From Mobula hypostoma (taxonomy: Eukaryota): DNA of 64,000 bases. The notes below the pieces were generated by a model. The model was not told the origin of the DNA. It worked only from the letters and a program-made list of their open reading frames with translations, and made no database searches. Made by a program: the position numbers and the translations under genes. Position 1 is the first letter of the stretch; each line of letters begins with the position of its first letter. Positions 14,105 through 26,030 of this stretch are shown in pieces. Location of the stretch: assembly GCF_963921235.1 (NCBI RefSeq), contig NC_086108.1, positions 18,538,001 through 18,602,000 on the forward strand, written 5' to 3'.

Positions 14105-14700
14105 CTAGAACACAGAAGGGTACAACACAAGAACAGACTCTTTGGCTCACAATGTCTGTGTCTCACACAATGCCAAATTAAACTATGTCCCTCCATTCAT
14201 TCCTTGCATATTGATGTGCTTATTTAAACACCTCTGTTGTATCTGCTTCCACCACTATACCTGGTGGCCTATTCCGACCACCAACTGCTCTCTGAGTAAC
14301 AAGCATGTCACGCACATCTCCTTTAAACTCTGCCCCTCTCACCATAAATGTATGTCCTCTGGTATTTGTCATTTCTAATGTTGAAAAAAAGACTCTGCCA
14401 ACCAAGTTTTTTTTATAAGTTTCTATCAGGACTTCCCTTAACCTCTGACACTCCAGAGAAAACAACCCAAGTTTGTGTAACCTCTCTTTGTACCTCTTAC
14501 CAACCAATCCAGGAAGCATTCTGGAGAACTTCTTCTACACACTCTCCAAACCCTCCGCAGCCTTATTGTAACCAGAATTGCTCACAATGCTCCAAGTGCA
14601 GCAGAAACAAAGTTTTAGAGAGCTGCAATGTGACTTCCTAACCTCTATACTCATTCGCCTGACCAATAAAGGCAAGTATGCCATTTACCTTCTTTACCAC
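14105..14700 (-). mobile_element. CR1 3' fragment
   Basis: ORF 14220-14519: MLPGL...YKERLHKLGLFSLE...TRGH. Confidence 0.8.
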
Positions 14701-14737
14701 TGTGTGATTGGGTTGATCACCTAAATCATTTGAAAAC

Positions 14738-16955
14738 TTCTTTCTTTCTTTTCAAATCTTTTTATTGTTATATTATACAGAAAAAATAACGAGTACATTG
14801 AAATAACAACTCTTACAATGTTTCAAAAAAGACATTATCTTAAAGATTGAAAAAAAATTTTGTGATAACAAAAAAAACCTACTAAGCAGAAAAGTGAGAA
14901 AAAAAAAAGAACCAGTTAGGTGTACAACCACGCAGTCATGCGTCATACAAAAAGCTTCTAAAAATAAACATCAAACTGCCAGCAAGAAAAGAAAATATAC
15001 TAAAAAATTTACAATTAGATCGTGGAAAAATTACATCAGTTAGCTCAAATGATAATAATGAGCAAATGAGCCCCATCTTTTTTCAAAATCAAATAAAGGT
15101 TCAAAGGTTCGACTTCTAATTTTCTCCAAACTAAGACTTAGCATCACTTGAGAGAACCATTGTGACAAAGTGGGAGCTGATGTATCCTTCCACTTCAACA
15201 AAATGGCCCTCCTAGCTATCAATGTAACAAATGCAATAACATGTTGGTCAGACACAGAAATACCATGAATATTTTGAGGAATTATAGAAACCGTAGAAAC
15301 CATAGAAACTACAGCACAGGCCTTTTGGCCCTTCTTGGCTGTGCCGAACCATTTTCTGCCTAGTCCCACTGACCTGCACACGGACCATATCCCTCCATAC
15401 ACCTCCCATCCATGTATCTGTACAATTTATTCTTAAATGTTTAAAAAGAACCCGCATTTACCACCTTGTCTGGCAGCTCATTCCATACTCCCACCAGTCT
15501 CTGTGTGAAGAAGCTCCCCCAATGTTCCCTTTAAACTTTTCCCTCCTCACCCTTAACCCATGACCTCTGGTTTTTTTCTCCCCTTGCCTCAGTCGAAAAA
15601 GCCTGCTTGCATTCACTCTATCTATACCCATCATAATTTTATATACCTCTATCAAATCTCCCCTCATTCTTCTACGCTCCAGGGAATAAAGTCCTAACCT
15701 ATTCAACCTTTCTCTGTAACTGAGTTTCTCAAGTCCTGGCAACATTCTTGTAAACCTTCTCTGCACTCTTTCAACCTTATTTATATCCTTCCTGTAATTT
15801 GGTGACCAAAACTGAACACAATACTCCAGATTCGGTCTCACCAATGCCTTATACAACCTCATCATAATATTCCAGCTCTTATACTCAATACTTCGATTAA
15901 TAAAGGCCAATGTACCAAAAGCTCTCTTTACAACCCTATCTACCTGTGATGCCACTTTTAGGGAATTTTGTATCTGTATTCCCAGATCCCTCTGTTCCAC
16001 TGCACTCCTCAGTGCCTTACCATTAACCCTGTATGTTCTACCTTGGTTTGTCCTTCCAACGTGCAATACCTCACACTTGTCTGCATTAAACTCCATCTGC
16101 CATTTTTCAGCCCATTTTTCCAGCTGGTCCAAGTCCCTCTGCAGGCTCTGAAAACCTTCCTCGCTGTCTACTACACCTCCAATCTTTGTATCATCAGCAA
16201 ATTTGCTGATCCAATTTACCACATTATCATCCAGATCATTGATATAGATGACAAATAACAATGGACCCAGCAGTGATCCCTGTGGCACACCACTAGTCAC
16301 AGGCCTCCACTCGGAGAAGCAATTCTCTACTACCATTCTTTGGCTTCTTCCATTGAGCCAATGTCTGATCCAATTTACCACCTCTCCATGTATACCTAGC
16401 GACTGAATTTTCCTAACTAACCTCCCATGTGAAAAAGCACAGTTAATTTATTAGGTTGTAGATTAATTTTAAGTGCTTCAGAAATTGTTGAAAAAACCGA
16501 CTTCCAGAACTGTTCCAATATAGAACAAGACCAAAACATATGTGTCAGTGTAGCTATCTCAGTTTCACATCTATCACAATGACTATCAATATTAGAAAAG
16601 ATTTTAGAAAGTGTCTCCTTCGTCAAACAATAACGATGTACAATTTTATATTGAATCAATGAATGGCTAGCTCAAATTGAAGAAGAGTTAACCAACTTCA
16701 AAATCTGCATCCAATCCTCGGTCATAAAAGTCAAATTAAGTTCCTTTTCCCAATCCTGTTTAATCTTAGATAAAGGATGCTTATCCCATTGTAATAATAA
16801 ATTATAAATTCTTCCAATAGAACCCTTGATCAAAAGATTCATACTCATAATAGTATCTAACAGGTCAGCCTCCAAAATGTAAGGAAAATTACTTAAATAG
16901 TTTTGTAAAAAATGTCTAACTTGAAGGTATTGCTGGAAGTGTGAATATGGAAGTT
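14738..16955 (-). mobile_element. L1-clade LINE 3' part (ORF2 C-terminus and 3' UTR), split by a CR1 insertion
   Basis: ORF 16417-16659 has the CCHC knuckle CDRCETEIATLTHMFWSC; ORF 15040-15402 has ARRAILLKWK...LSLEKIR; 16672-16875 has KIKQDWEKEL; A-rich 3' end with AATAAA near 14745-14770. Confidence 0.85.
15285..16429 (-). mobile_element. 5'-truncated CR1 (RT C-half and tail) nested in the L1
   Basis: ORF 15458-16381: [35 protein letters not shown]-type tail repeats at 15285-15310. Confidence 0.93.
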
Positions 16956-16956
16956 G

Positions 16957-17516
16957 AAAACTTCTATAGGTGTACCACGGAGAGCATTCTGACAGGATGC
17001 ATCACTGTCTGGTATGGGGGGAGTTGGTAGAGGGTGTGTGACGGGACTACTGTGCAGGACAAAAAGAAGCTACAGAATGTTGTAAAATTAGTCAGCTCCA
17101 TCTTGGGTACTAGCCTCCATAGTATCCAAGGCATCTTTAAAGAGACATCCTCAGAAAGGCGGCTTCCATTATTAAGAACCCCCATCACCCAGGACATGCC
17201 CTCTTCTCATTGTTACCATCAGAAAGGAGGTACAGAAGCCTGAAGGCACACACTCAGTGATTCAGCAACAGCTTCTTCCTCTCTGCCATATTAATCCTAA
17301 ATGGACACTGAATCCATGAACACCACCTCACTTTTTCTTTTATATTATTTTTGTCTTGCACTATTTTTTAATTTAACTATTTAATATACATATATACTTA
17401 CTGTAATTGATTAACTTTTTTTTTCTTTCTATATTACGTATTGCATTGAACTGCTGCTGCTAAGTTAACAAATTTCACAACACTTGCCGGTGATAGTAAA
17501 CCTGATTCTGATTCTG
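16957..17516 (+). mobile_element. Rex1/Babar-like LINE 3' end
   Basis: FYRCTTESILTGCITVWYG (DUF1891-type C-terminus), HPGHALFSLLPS, (GATTCT)n tail. Confidence 0.78.
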
Positions 17517-17792
17517 TTGGTGAACTTTGGACTTGGACTCCAAGACCTTCCTGTACATCAGTGCTCTTAAGGGTCCTGCTGTTAACTGTGTACTGTTCCT
17601 TAACAGTTGACTTCCCAAAGTGCAACACCATACACTTGCCCAGATTAAATTCCATCTGCCATTGCAGTACCCATATCTGCAACTCATCTATGTTCCAATG
17701 TATCCTTTGACAACCTTCTTCACTATCCACAGCTCTTCCTTTGGGAGGTCAAATGTAAAGGAACAGTACACAGTTAATGGCAGGGCCCTTAA

Positions 17793-18122
17793 GACCATGA
17801 TTGTTCTTGGCAAATTTTTCTATAGAAGTGGCTTGCCATTGCCTTCTTCTGGACAGTGTCTTTATAAAACAGGTGACCTCAGCAATTATCAATACTCTTC
17901 AGAGACTGTAAACCTGGCATCGACAGTTGCATAACTAGGATTTGTGATATGTGCCAGCTGTTCATATGATCATCCACCACCTCCTCCCATGACTTCACAT
18001 GACCCTGATCAGGGGTGCTAAGCAGATGCTACACCTTGCCCAAGGGTGACCTGCAGGCTAGAGGAGGTAAGGAGCTCCTTACAGCTCCTTGGGTAGAGGC
18101 ATACAGTATCTCCACCCCACCA
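17793..18122 (-). mobile_element. SINE-like element with RTE-type 3' tail (related fragment at about 47660-47845, + strand)
   Basis: 'agaagtggcttgccattgccttcttc' resembles RTE/BovB-type 3' ends; the sequence recurs inverted at about 47660-47845. Confidence 0.5.
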
Positions 18123-20229
18123 CCCTTCTCCTCCAGTCACACCTCCTAAACTACAACTGAGATGGACAAAGGCAGAGGACATACAATATCACCACAAAGT
18201 TGTAGATCCCACCCCACCATATTCCACTCAATTATCAGCACTCCTTGATCATTGCTGGGACCACAGACTGCCCCTTGACAAGATTTTGCTGCGGGTTTCT
18301 GGGATATTTCAGAGGACTTTTGATGGGTCTGTCACACTGGAGTCATATATTGGTTAGACTATGTAAAAAAGGTAGTTTTTCTACCCAGATTTATCATTGT
18401 TACTAAGGTTAGCTGTTGTTTCACTAAATTTGATGTGAAACAGGGCTCTTGAGTTTAAATCTGGAAACTTACCATGGTATCTTTTTGTTCCTGACCCATA
18501 TTACACATTCCGTAGAGGTGAGCTGAAGAAAGATATTGTGGAAGAGAACTGTAAGACTGTGGAAGAGAAAGGAGTGACGAACCTCATTGAGGATGGTGAA
18601 TTGAACCAATGGTGTGTAACCACAAATGCACTTGAACTTAATTAGCCATTTAAGTAAAGAGATTTGACTCATATTCTTTCAAAGAGATCCTACTTCAGTT
18701 GCATAAAATTCCTCTTTTAAAGGGGCCCAAATAAAGCTGCTTTCCTGCACTGGGATTTGATGATGAATCTTCTTCATGCATTGCAAACATGTGTGAGTGG
18801 TTGGAGGGGATGGTTTAATTCTCCACACCCATCCTGGGTGTTGAAAGGCTTATAAGACAGTGTTATAGCAATGTCAGGACTGCCAGTGTTAATAAAGGAA
18901 CTCATTAATCATGGCTTGATTGGAGTTGCAGTATAGCTGCCTGGCCAGCCTTCTTCAGGTCTAAGTGACACCCATTAGTTAGATCACTTCGCATGTGATT
19001 AATTGAAGGATGATTCCTGGAAGCCAGGACTATGTGCCATTGCTTGCTCTGTGGTCACGTGACCCTCTTAGTCCTGGTTGCTGGCAATGCATCACTTCCT
19101 ACAAAGCAGCTAATTGAGAGTGGCATGTGCGGCAGCTGTGCCAGCATGCTAAGCGACACGGTTGATCCAAAATCAGACAGTACTGCTGCTCTCTGTGTAA
19201 GGCATGGTGATCAGCATGGGCAATTCATTATAAAGGAATTCCAATGGGTAGTCATTTTACTCTTCAAACCAGTTCAGTGGTCCAAATCCCTTCCAATTCC
19301 ATTCACTCCCACTGAACATTATCTTAATGGAACAGCCCATTCTCTGATTCCAACTTTAATTGCCATTGAGAGAGAAGGTCGTGAGCTGCCTCAGTCCTTA
19401 CTGCGAAGGTGCCTTCCCGCAGGAGTGAGTTCCAGGATTTAGGTCCAGCGACAGTGAACAACAATAGATATTGTATATTCCCATATTGGGATGATTTGTT
19501 CCTCAGGAGGAGAATCTGCAGGCGGTTGTGTTCCAATGTGCCTCCCGTCCATGTCCATCTTGGTGGAGGAGGTGGTGCATTTGGAAGATTCTGTCAGCAT
19601 AGCCTAGATGAGAATCTGCAGTGGAATTTGGGGATGGTAGAGACTGTGGCCACCTCCTGCTGGAGAGAGTCAGTGTTTAAGGTGGTGGATAACTTGCCTA
19701 TCAGGCAGGATGTTTTTATCACAGATAGTGTCAAATGTCTTTAAGAGTTGTTGGAGCTGCACTTATCCAAGTTAATGAAGACTGTTGCACCACACACCTG
19801 ACTGGTTCCTTATAACTGGTGTGAATGCTTTGGGGGTGCAGGAGGAGAGTCACTTGCCCTTATAACCATAATAATTATGTGGCTGGCCCATCTGACTCTC
19901 TGGTCACGGTAACCACAAGAACTATGATGGTGGGGGACTTCTGTTTTATAAATTTTATTTGTCACATGTACATCAAAACATTGAAACATTCTGTGAAATG
20001 TGTTATTTGCATCAAATTAAGGAGGATTGTGCTGGGCCCCCAACACCATGATAGCATGTCCACAGCTCATCTGTATGTCTTTGGAAAGTGAGAGGAAACC
20101 CACTATGTCATGAGGAGAACATACAGATAGTGGTGGGAGTTGAATAGAATCCCGATTTACAGATGGCGCTGACCACTACACTACCGTACCATCACTTGGG
20201 GATGGTATTGCTGTTAAATATGATGACTC

Positions 20230-20485
20230 AAAGGTTGGGGTGTGGATAGTGTGGAGAACTGTCAGAGGTTACAGCAGGACATTGATAGGATGCAAAACTG
20301 GGCTGAGAAGTGGCAGATGGAGTTCAACCCAGATAAGTGTAAGGTGGTTCATTTTGGTAGGTAGGTCAAATATGATGACAGAGTATAGTATTAATGGTAA
20401 GACTCTTGGCAGTGTGGAGGATCAGAGGGATCTTGGGGTCCGAGTCCATAGGACACTCAAAGCTGCTGTGCAGGTTGACTCTGTG
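20230..20485 (+). mobile_element. CR1 RT fragment
   Basis: Encodes ...LQQDIDRMQNWAEKWQMEFNPDKC...QRDLGVRVHRTLK. Confidence 0.8.
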
Positions 20486-21745
20486 GTTTCCCCTCTGCTG
20501 TTACATCTCAAATGTCCTCTTTCTTTAAGGATCGTGGTTTCCCTTCTGCTGTCCCATTCCCTATTCCCAGTTCCTCCTTCTCCGCTGCATCTGCTCCAAG
20601 GATGAGGTTTTCCATTCCAGGACATCTCAAATGTCCTCTTTCTTTAAGGATCGTGGTTTCCCTCCTGCTGTCGTCAATGATGCCCTCACCTGCATCTCCT
20701 CCATTTCCCGCACTTCGGCTCTCACCCTATTCTCCGGCCACCACATCAGGGACAGAGTTCCCTTTGTCCTCACCTACCACCCCACCAGCCTCTGGATCCA
20801 GCACATTATCCTCCGCAACTTCCGCCACCTTCACCAGGACCCCACCACTAAGCACATCTTTCCCTCTCCACGCCTGTCCGCTTTCCGTAGGGATCCCCGC
20901 GACTCCCTGATCCACACGTCCCTCCCCACGGATCTCCCACCTGGCACTTATCCCTGTAAGCGCAAGTGCTAAACCTGTCCCTACATCTCCTTTCTTGCCA
21001 CCATTCAGGGCCCCAAACAGTCCTTCCAAGTGAGGCAACACTTCACTTGTGAGTCTGTTGGGGTCATCTATTGCATGCGGTGCTCCCGGTGCGGCCTCCT
21101 TTACATCGGTGAAATCCAACGCAGATTAGGGGACCGCTTCGTCGAGCACCTCCGCTCCATCCGCCAAAACAAACAGGATCTCCCAGTGGCCACCCACTTC
21201 AACTCTGCTTCCCACTCCCATTCAGATATGTCCATACATGGCCTCCTCTACTGCCATGATGAGGCTAAACTCAGGTTGGAGGAGCAACACCTCATATACC
21301 GTCTAGGTAGTCCTCAGCCCCTTGGTATGAAAAAGAATTCTCCAACTTCCGGTAATTCCCTCCCCTTCCCTTCCCCTATCCCTATGTCATTCTGCCCCCT
21401 CCCCCAGCTGTCTATCACCTCCCACATGGTTCCACCTCCTTCTACTACCCGTTGTGCTTTCCCCTATTCTTTCTTCACCTTACCTGCCTGTCACCTCCCT
21501 GCTTCCCCTCCCCCACCCCTTTATCTTTCCCCTTACTGGTTTTTCACCTGGAACCTACCAGCCTTCTCCTTCCCACCCTCCCCCCACTTTCTTTATAGGC
21601 CTCTGCCCCTTCCCTCTACAGTCCTGACGAAGGGTTCCAGCCTGAAACGTCGACCGATCTTTTCCACGGATGCTACCCAACCTGCTGAGTTCCTCCAGCA
21701 TGTTGTGAGTGTTGCTTTGACCCCAGCATCTGCAGATTATTTTGT
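20486..21745 (+). mobile_element. Penelope-like element 3' half: GIY-YIG endonuclease plus 3' module with hammerhead
   Basis: ORF 21030-21785: FTCESVGVIYCMRCSRCGLLYIGEIQRRLGDRFVEHL (VIY...YIG); PFVLTYHP upstream; pyrimidine-rich 3' UTR. Confidence 0.9.
21619..21656 (+). ncRNA. Minimal type I hammerhead ribozyme motif (intact core)
   Basis: GTC-CTGACGA-AGG-GTTCCAG-CCT-GAAA-CGTC-GAC: helix I GTC/GAC, CUGAnGA box, helix II, GAAA box, loop-less palindromic helix III, predicted cleavage after GUC at 21651. Confidence 0.75.
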
Positions 21746-22529
21746 GTTTGGATATTTCCTGTTCTTGGGGATGGGACATACCTAGGCAATGTTCCACATT
21801 GCTGGGCAACTGCCTGTGTTGTAACCATAATGAAACAGCTTGGCTAAAGGCCCAGCTCTTTTTGGAAAGCAGATACTATAGCTGGGATGTTTTCTGGTCA
21901 CATAGCCTTTACTGTATGCATCAATTCTCAGCCATTTCCTGCCATGAATCACATTGGCTGGAGATTGTTGTCCATGATAATGGGGATCTCAGGAGGAAGC
22001 CAGGATGGGTCACCCAATCAACATTTCTGGTTGAGTAAGTCTCCAAGTATTCAGACTTTATCTTTAACACTCATGTGTGGATTCCTCCCATCACTGAGGA
22101 CGGAGATATTTCCAGAGCCTCATCCTTCCATTAGAAATCTGATTGTCTACCATCATTCATGACCCGATATGCTGGGATTGAAATGCTTCAGCCTAATCCT
22201 TGCTCAGTTTATAGAATACTGGTTATACTTGATAACACTTGGTTCTGTTTCCTTCAGTGGACTGGTACCTTGCTGTTGTTCGGTATGTCGGATACTGCTC
22301 CCACATGCCCTGTTGCACTCATCATTGAACAGTCTTTGGTTTGAGAGTAAAAGTGGAATGATACATATTCATGTTTCTTCTGCTGTTGATGGTTCACTAT
22401 GCACTGTGGATGCCCAGTTTTAGCTGTCGGATCTATTTTGAATCTGTCCCATTGAGCACATTTGTAGTATCATACATGTTGTGCTCATCCCACCTTAATC
22501 CTATTCATTATTCTCCCACATTCCCATTA

Positions 22530-22750
22530 ACTCACCCAGATTTTACCACTCACCTGCACACTGGGGGCAAATTAGAGTGGTCAGTAAACCTGCCAACCTG
22601 TACATCTTCGGGATGTTGGAAAAAACCAGGACATCTAGGGGAAAGCCACATGGTTAAAGGGAATGCTTGCAAACTCCACATAAACAGCATTAGATCCAGA
22701 TAACTGGAGATGTAAAGCAGCAACACTACCAGCTGTGCTACGGTGGTGAA
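22530..22750 (-). mobile_element. tRNA-derived V-SINE (HE1-like)
   Basis: Minus strand: tRNA-like head, then tggagtttgcaagcattccctttaaccatgtggctttcccctagatgtcctggttttttccaacatcccgaaga (V-domain). Confidence 0.65.
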
Positions 22751-22809
22751 AGGGAGCTGGTAGTATGCACTGTTTGAGTATGGATGGAGAACTGGGGAAT
22801 TGGTAATAT

Positions 22810-23450
22810 GGTAAATTGGTTTATTATTGTCACATGTACTGAGGCACAAGAGGAAAACTTAGTTTTGCAAGCCATCCATAAAGATGGCACAACAAGGTAG
22901 TCTGTGAGGTCAAGAGTCCACCTTGTCATACTAGGTGACTATTTAATAGTCTTATAACAGTGGGGTAGAAGCTGTCCTTGAGCGTGGTGGTGTGTGCTTT
23001 CAGACATCTTCTGCCCAGTGGGAGTGAGGAGAAGAGAGAATATCCTGGGTGGAATGGGTCTCTGATTTAGTTGTCTGTTTTACCAAGGCCGTGAGAGATG
23101 AAGACAGAGTCCATGCAGGGAGGATGGTTCCTGCAATGTGCTAAGTTATGTCCACAATTCTCCACAGTTTTGTTGCGATCATATACAGAGCTGTTGCCAC
23201 ACTAAGCCATGATGCATCTAGAGAGGATGTGTTTTATTTGTGAGAGTCAAATGGGACATGCCAAATTGCTTGCACCTCCAGAGGAAGTAGAGACACTGGT
23301 GAGCTTTCTAGATCATTGGCTGGACAAGGACAGGCTATTGTAATGTTCGTTCCTAGGAACCGTTTTCAGTCCCTCTCAACCTCAGCGTTGTTGATATAGA
23401 CAGGTGTGTGTGCACTGCTCTCCATCCTGAAGTCAATGCCCACCTTTTTT
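22810..23450 (-). mobile_element. Rex1/Babar-like LINE 3' fragment, decayed
   Basis: Minus strand ...KAHTTTLKDSFYPTVIRLLN and tail gacaataataaaccaattta. Confidence 0.6.
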
Positions 23451-25289
23451 ACTATGTGCATGAAATGAAAGTAGGCAGCATGAATAAGTGGGCCATAGTG
23501 AATTTGTCAAACTATAACTAGTTCATTGTCACTGATCAGTCCCGGTTGTAATGAAATGTTAAGTGTTAATGAACTGTATGAAGCTGATGTTCAGAAGGAT
23601 TTGGATGCCAATATGAATGAAAGAGCAAATGTCAACATGCAGGTACAACAAGAGATAAGGAACGGATTGGTATTCGCACCTACAGTATGCAGTATACGAA
23701 TAAAAATGTCTTGGTCAACTGCGGAATTAACATTTCCAAAGGTGAATACTTGTCTTGGGAAGAAGAGAGAGGTTCACTTGATTAACTCTTGATGAGGCAG
23801 TCACTCAAAATTGATTGAGATAGACCCATCCTCACTCGAGTAAAGAAATGAGAGCCGATCTCATTGAAACACGTAAGATTCAGTGAAGGGATGATGACGT
23901 TTTCCTTGGCTAATGAACTGAGAAGCAAGGTAATTTTTAATTGGTTTATTATTGTCGTATGTATTGAGGTACAGTGATAAATAGATTTGCATACAATCAA
24001 TACATCAGTACATCTAAGAAGTACAAAGAGAAAAGTAAGAACAGAATACGGAATACGGTATTACACTTGAGAGAAAATGCAGTTCAAGCAGACAATAAGG
24101 TGAAAAACCACGATGAAGAAGGTTGCAGGATCAAGAGCCATTCATATTGTATTATGGGACTATTCAAAAGTTTGATAACAGTGGTCTAGAAGTTGTCCTC
24201 AAGTCCAGTGGAATATGCTTTCCAGATTTTGTATCTTCTGCCCGATGGGAAGAGGAGGAAAAAAAATGTCCAAGGTAGTCAACGTTTTGCGATCATTGGA
24301 CATTATGTACTGAGTTGAGCATAAATTTCTTCACTTAGTGAAGTTGATTCCTTAGAATACCCTACTCCAGGGAGGGGTGTTCAGTCCAATCTCAAAACTG
24401 ATAGATTTTTGTGTTCCAAAAGATCAAGAAATAGATGATTGGACCTGAAAGTAGAGTTGTGACAGATGACCAGCTGTGGCATTACGAATATTAGATATAG
24501 AATCAACATGTGATGCATGGGAACAGACCAAAATGTATAGGAGTACTGTATTGTGAAATATATAGGAGCAGCCTTGTGCAGGTGAGTGTTGCATTGTGTG
24601 TGGGACGTTTGACGGCAAGTATCTAGACATTAAGGAGCACGTATCCACTTCATTTGGTGAGAACTGTTTTGTAGAGTCATATTGTCTTTCTCCTCTTCTC
24701 CTCTATTCCATCTCAGCACTTACTTAAAGTTTGTTGCACTCTAAGTTTTGTATAGATCTTCTTGATTTACATCACTCCAATCCAGAGATAACACATCTAT
24801 TACTAAGCAGGTACCCCACCCAACCTGCCCCAGATTTATTACTCCAAAGTGGGTGGTGGGTATAAGGAAAGCAGCCCTACCACAGCCTGAAGCACGACTT
24901 GGGTTTGGGGCAGGAACATCCTCATTGTTCTGTTTTCAAATCCCCATTGAGATTGCTTTTGAAGAGAAATGTTTCTGTGTCACCTAGTCTTAGAAAACAA
25001 TATTTGACACTGCATCATGAAAGGCAGTCTTGAACACAACCAGGCTTGAGCAATTATCCCGCCAGGCAAACTATCAGGTAAGTATTTTGATAATACTTAT
25101 ATCATTGTCTTCATATTTCAATTGTCTTGTATCTCTGGCAAAAGAGAAGAGATCATATTCTAATTTACTGTGAAAAGATTAAGTGCGGATGACAGACACT
25201 TGAAAGATTGTGTAAGCAGTGAGTTTCTTGTTAGAAATCTTCTAATCTTCTAAATTTAGACTCACATAGTTTGATAAAGTTAAAATGTG

Positions 25290-26030
25290 AATTCACTCAC
25301 AGGGAGTTTATTCTATATATAAACTACACAAAATGTTTTACTGAGTTCCAACCAGGAAGTGGCTCATGGGTATCTATTATTCTATATATACATAAAACCA
25401 CCCAGATCCCTTGATTAGACTCCAGCAAGTTAGGCATCTCTGGATATCTGTATTCTATGTTTAAATCTTTGAACCATTCAATTGGATTCTTGTCAGTTAC
25501 ACACTCCTGGGGATCTGTAATTCTTCATATAAACTGTCCCAAGTATCTTGATTATATTCCATTCAGTAAGTCACTCTTAACTATGTTTTTCTGCATAAAC
25601 TCCTGAACTCCTCAATTCAATTCCAGCCTGTAACTCAGTCTGTTATTCCATATAAAATCCTTTTGAACCTCTTGATTAAATGCCAGTTTATAACTCACTC
25701 CTGGATATCTGTTATTCTATACATAATTCCCTCAAACTCCTCGATTAGATTCCAGCCTGTAGTTCACTTCTCAGATATCTGTTATTCCATATACTGTATA
25801 AAATGCCAAATCAATTTATTTGATTCTAGTCTATAATTCACTCCTGGATATCTGTTATTCTACATATAATCCCCCTGAATCCCCTCAACTAGATTCCAAC
25901 CTGTATTTTATTAACATACTCCAGGTTATATGTTATTCTATATTTAAATCCCCTGTAATCCTTAATTAAGTTCTAGTCTGTAATTCACTCCTGGATGTCT
26001 GTCATTTATCTGTAAACCTATGTTTGAGTT
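25290..26030. repeat. Degenerate tandem repeat, unit about 66-72 bp, roughly 10-11 copies
   Basis: Recurring blocks taa(c/t)tcactcctggatatctgttattctata...gattagattccagcctg, e.g. 25691-25759. Confidence 0.8.

Noticed and set aside
19860..20225. Specific inverted duplication with 40930-41035
   Set aside because: Both look like fragments of an old dispersed LINE, and the similarity is too short to argue for a local event
25290..26030. Degenerate CRISPR-like repeat/spacer array
   Set aside because: The linkers are homologous to one another; this is an ordinary diverged tandem repeat
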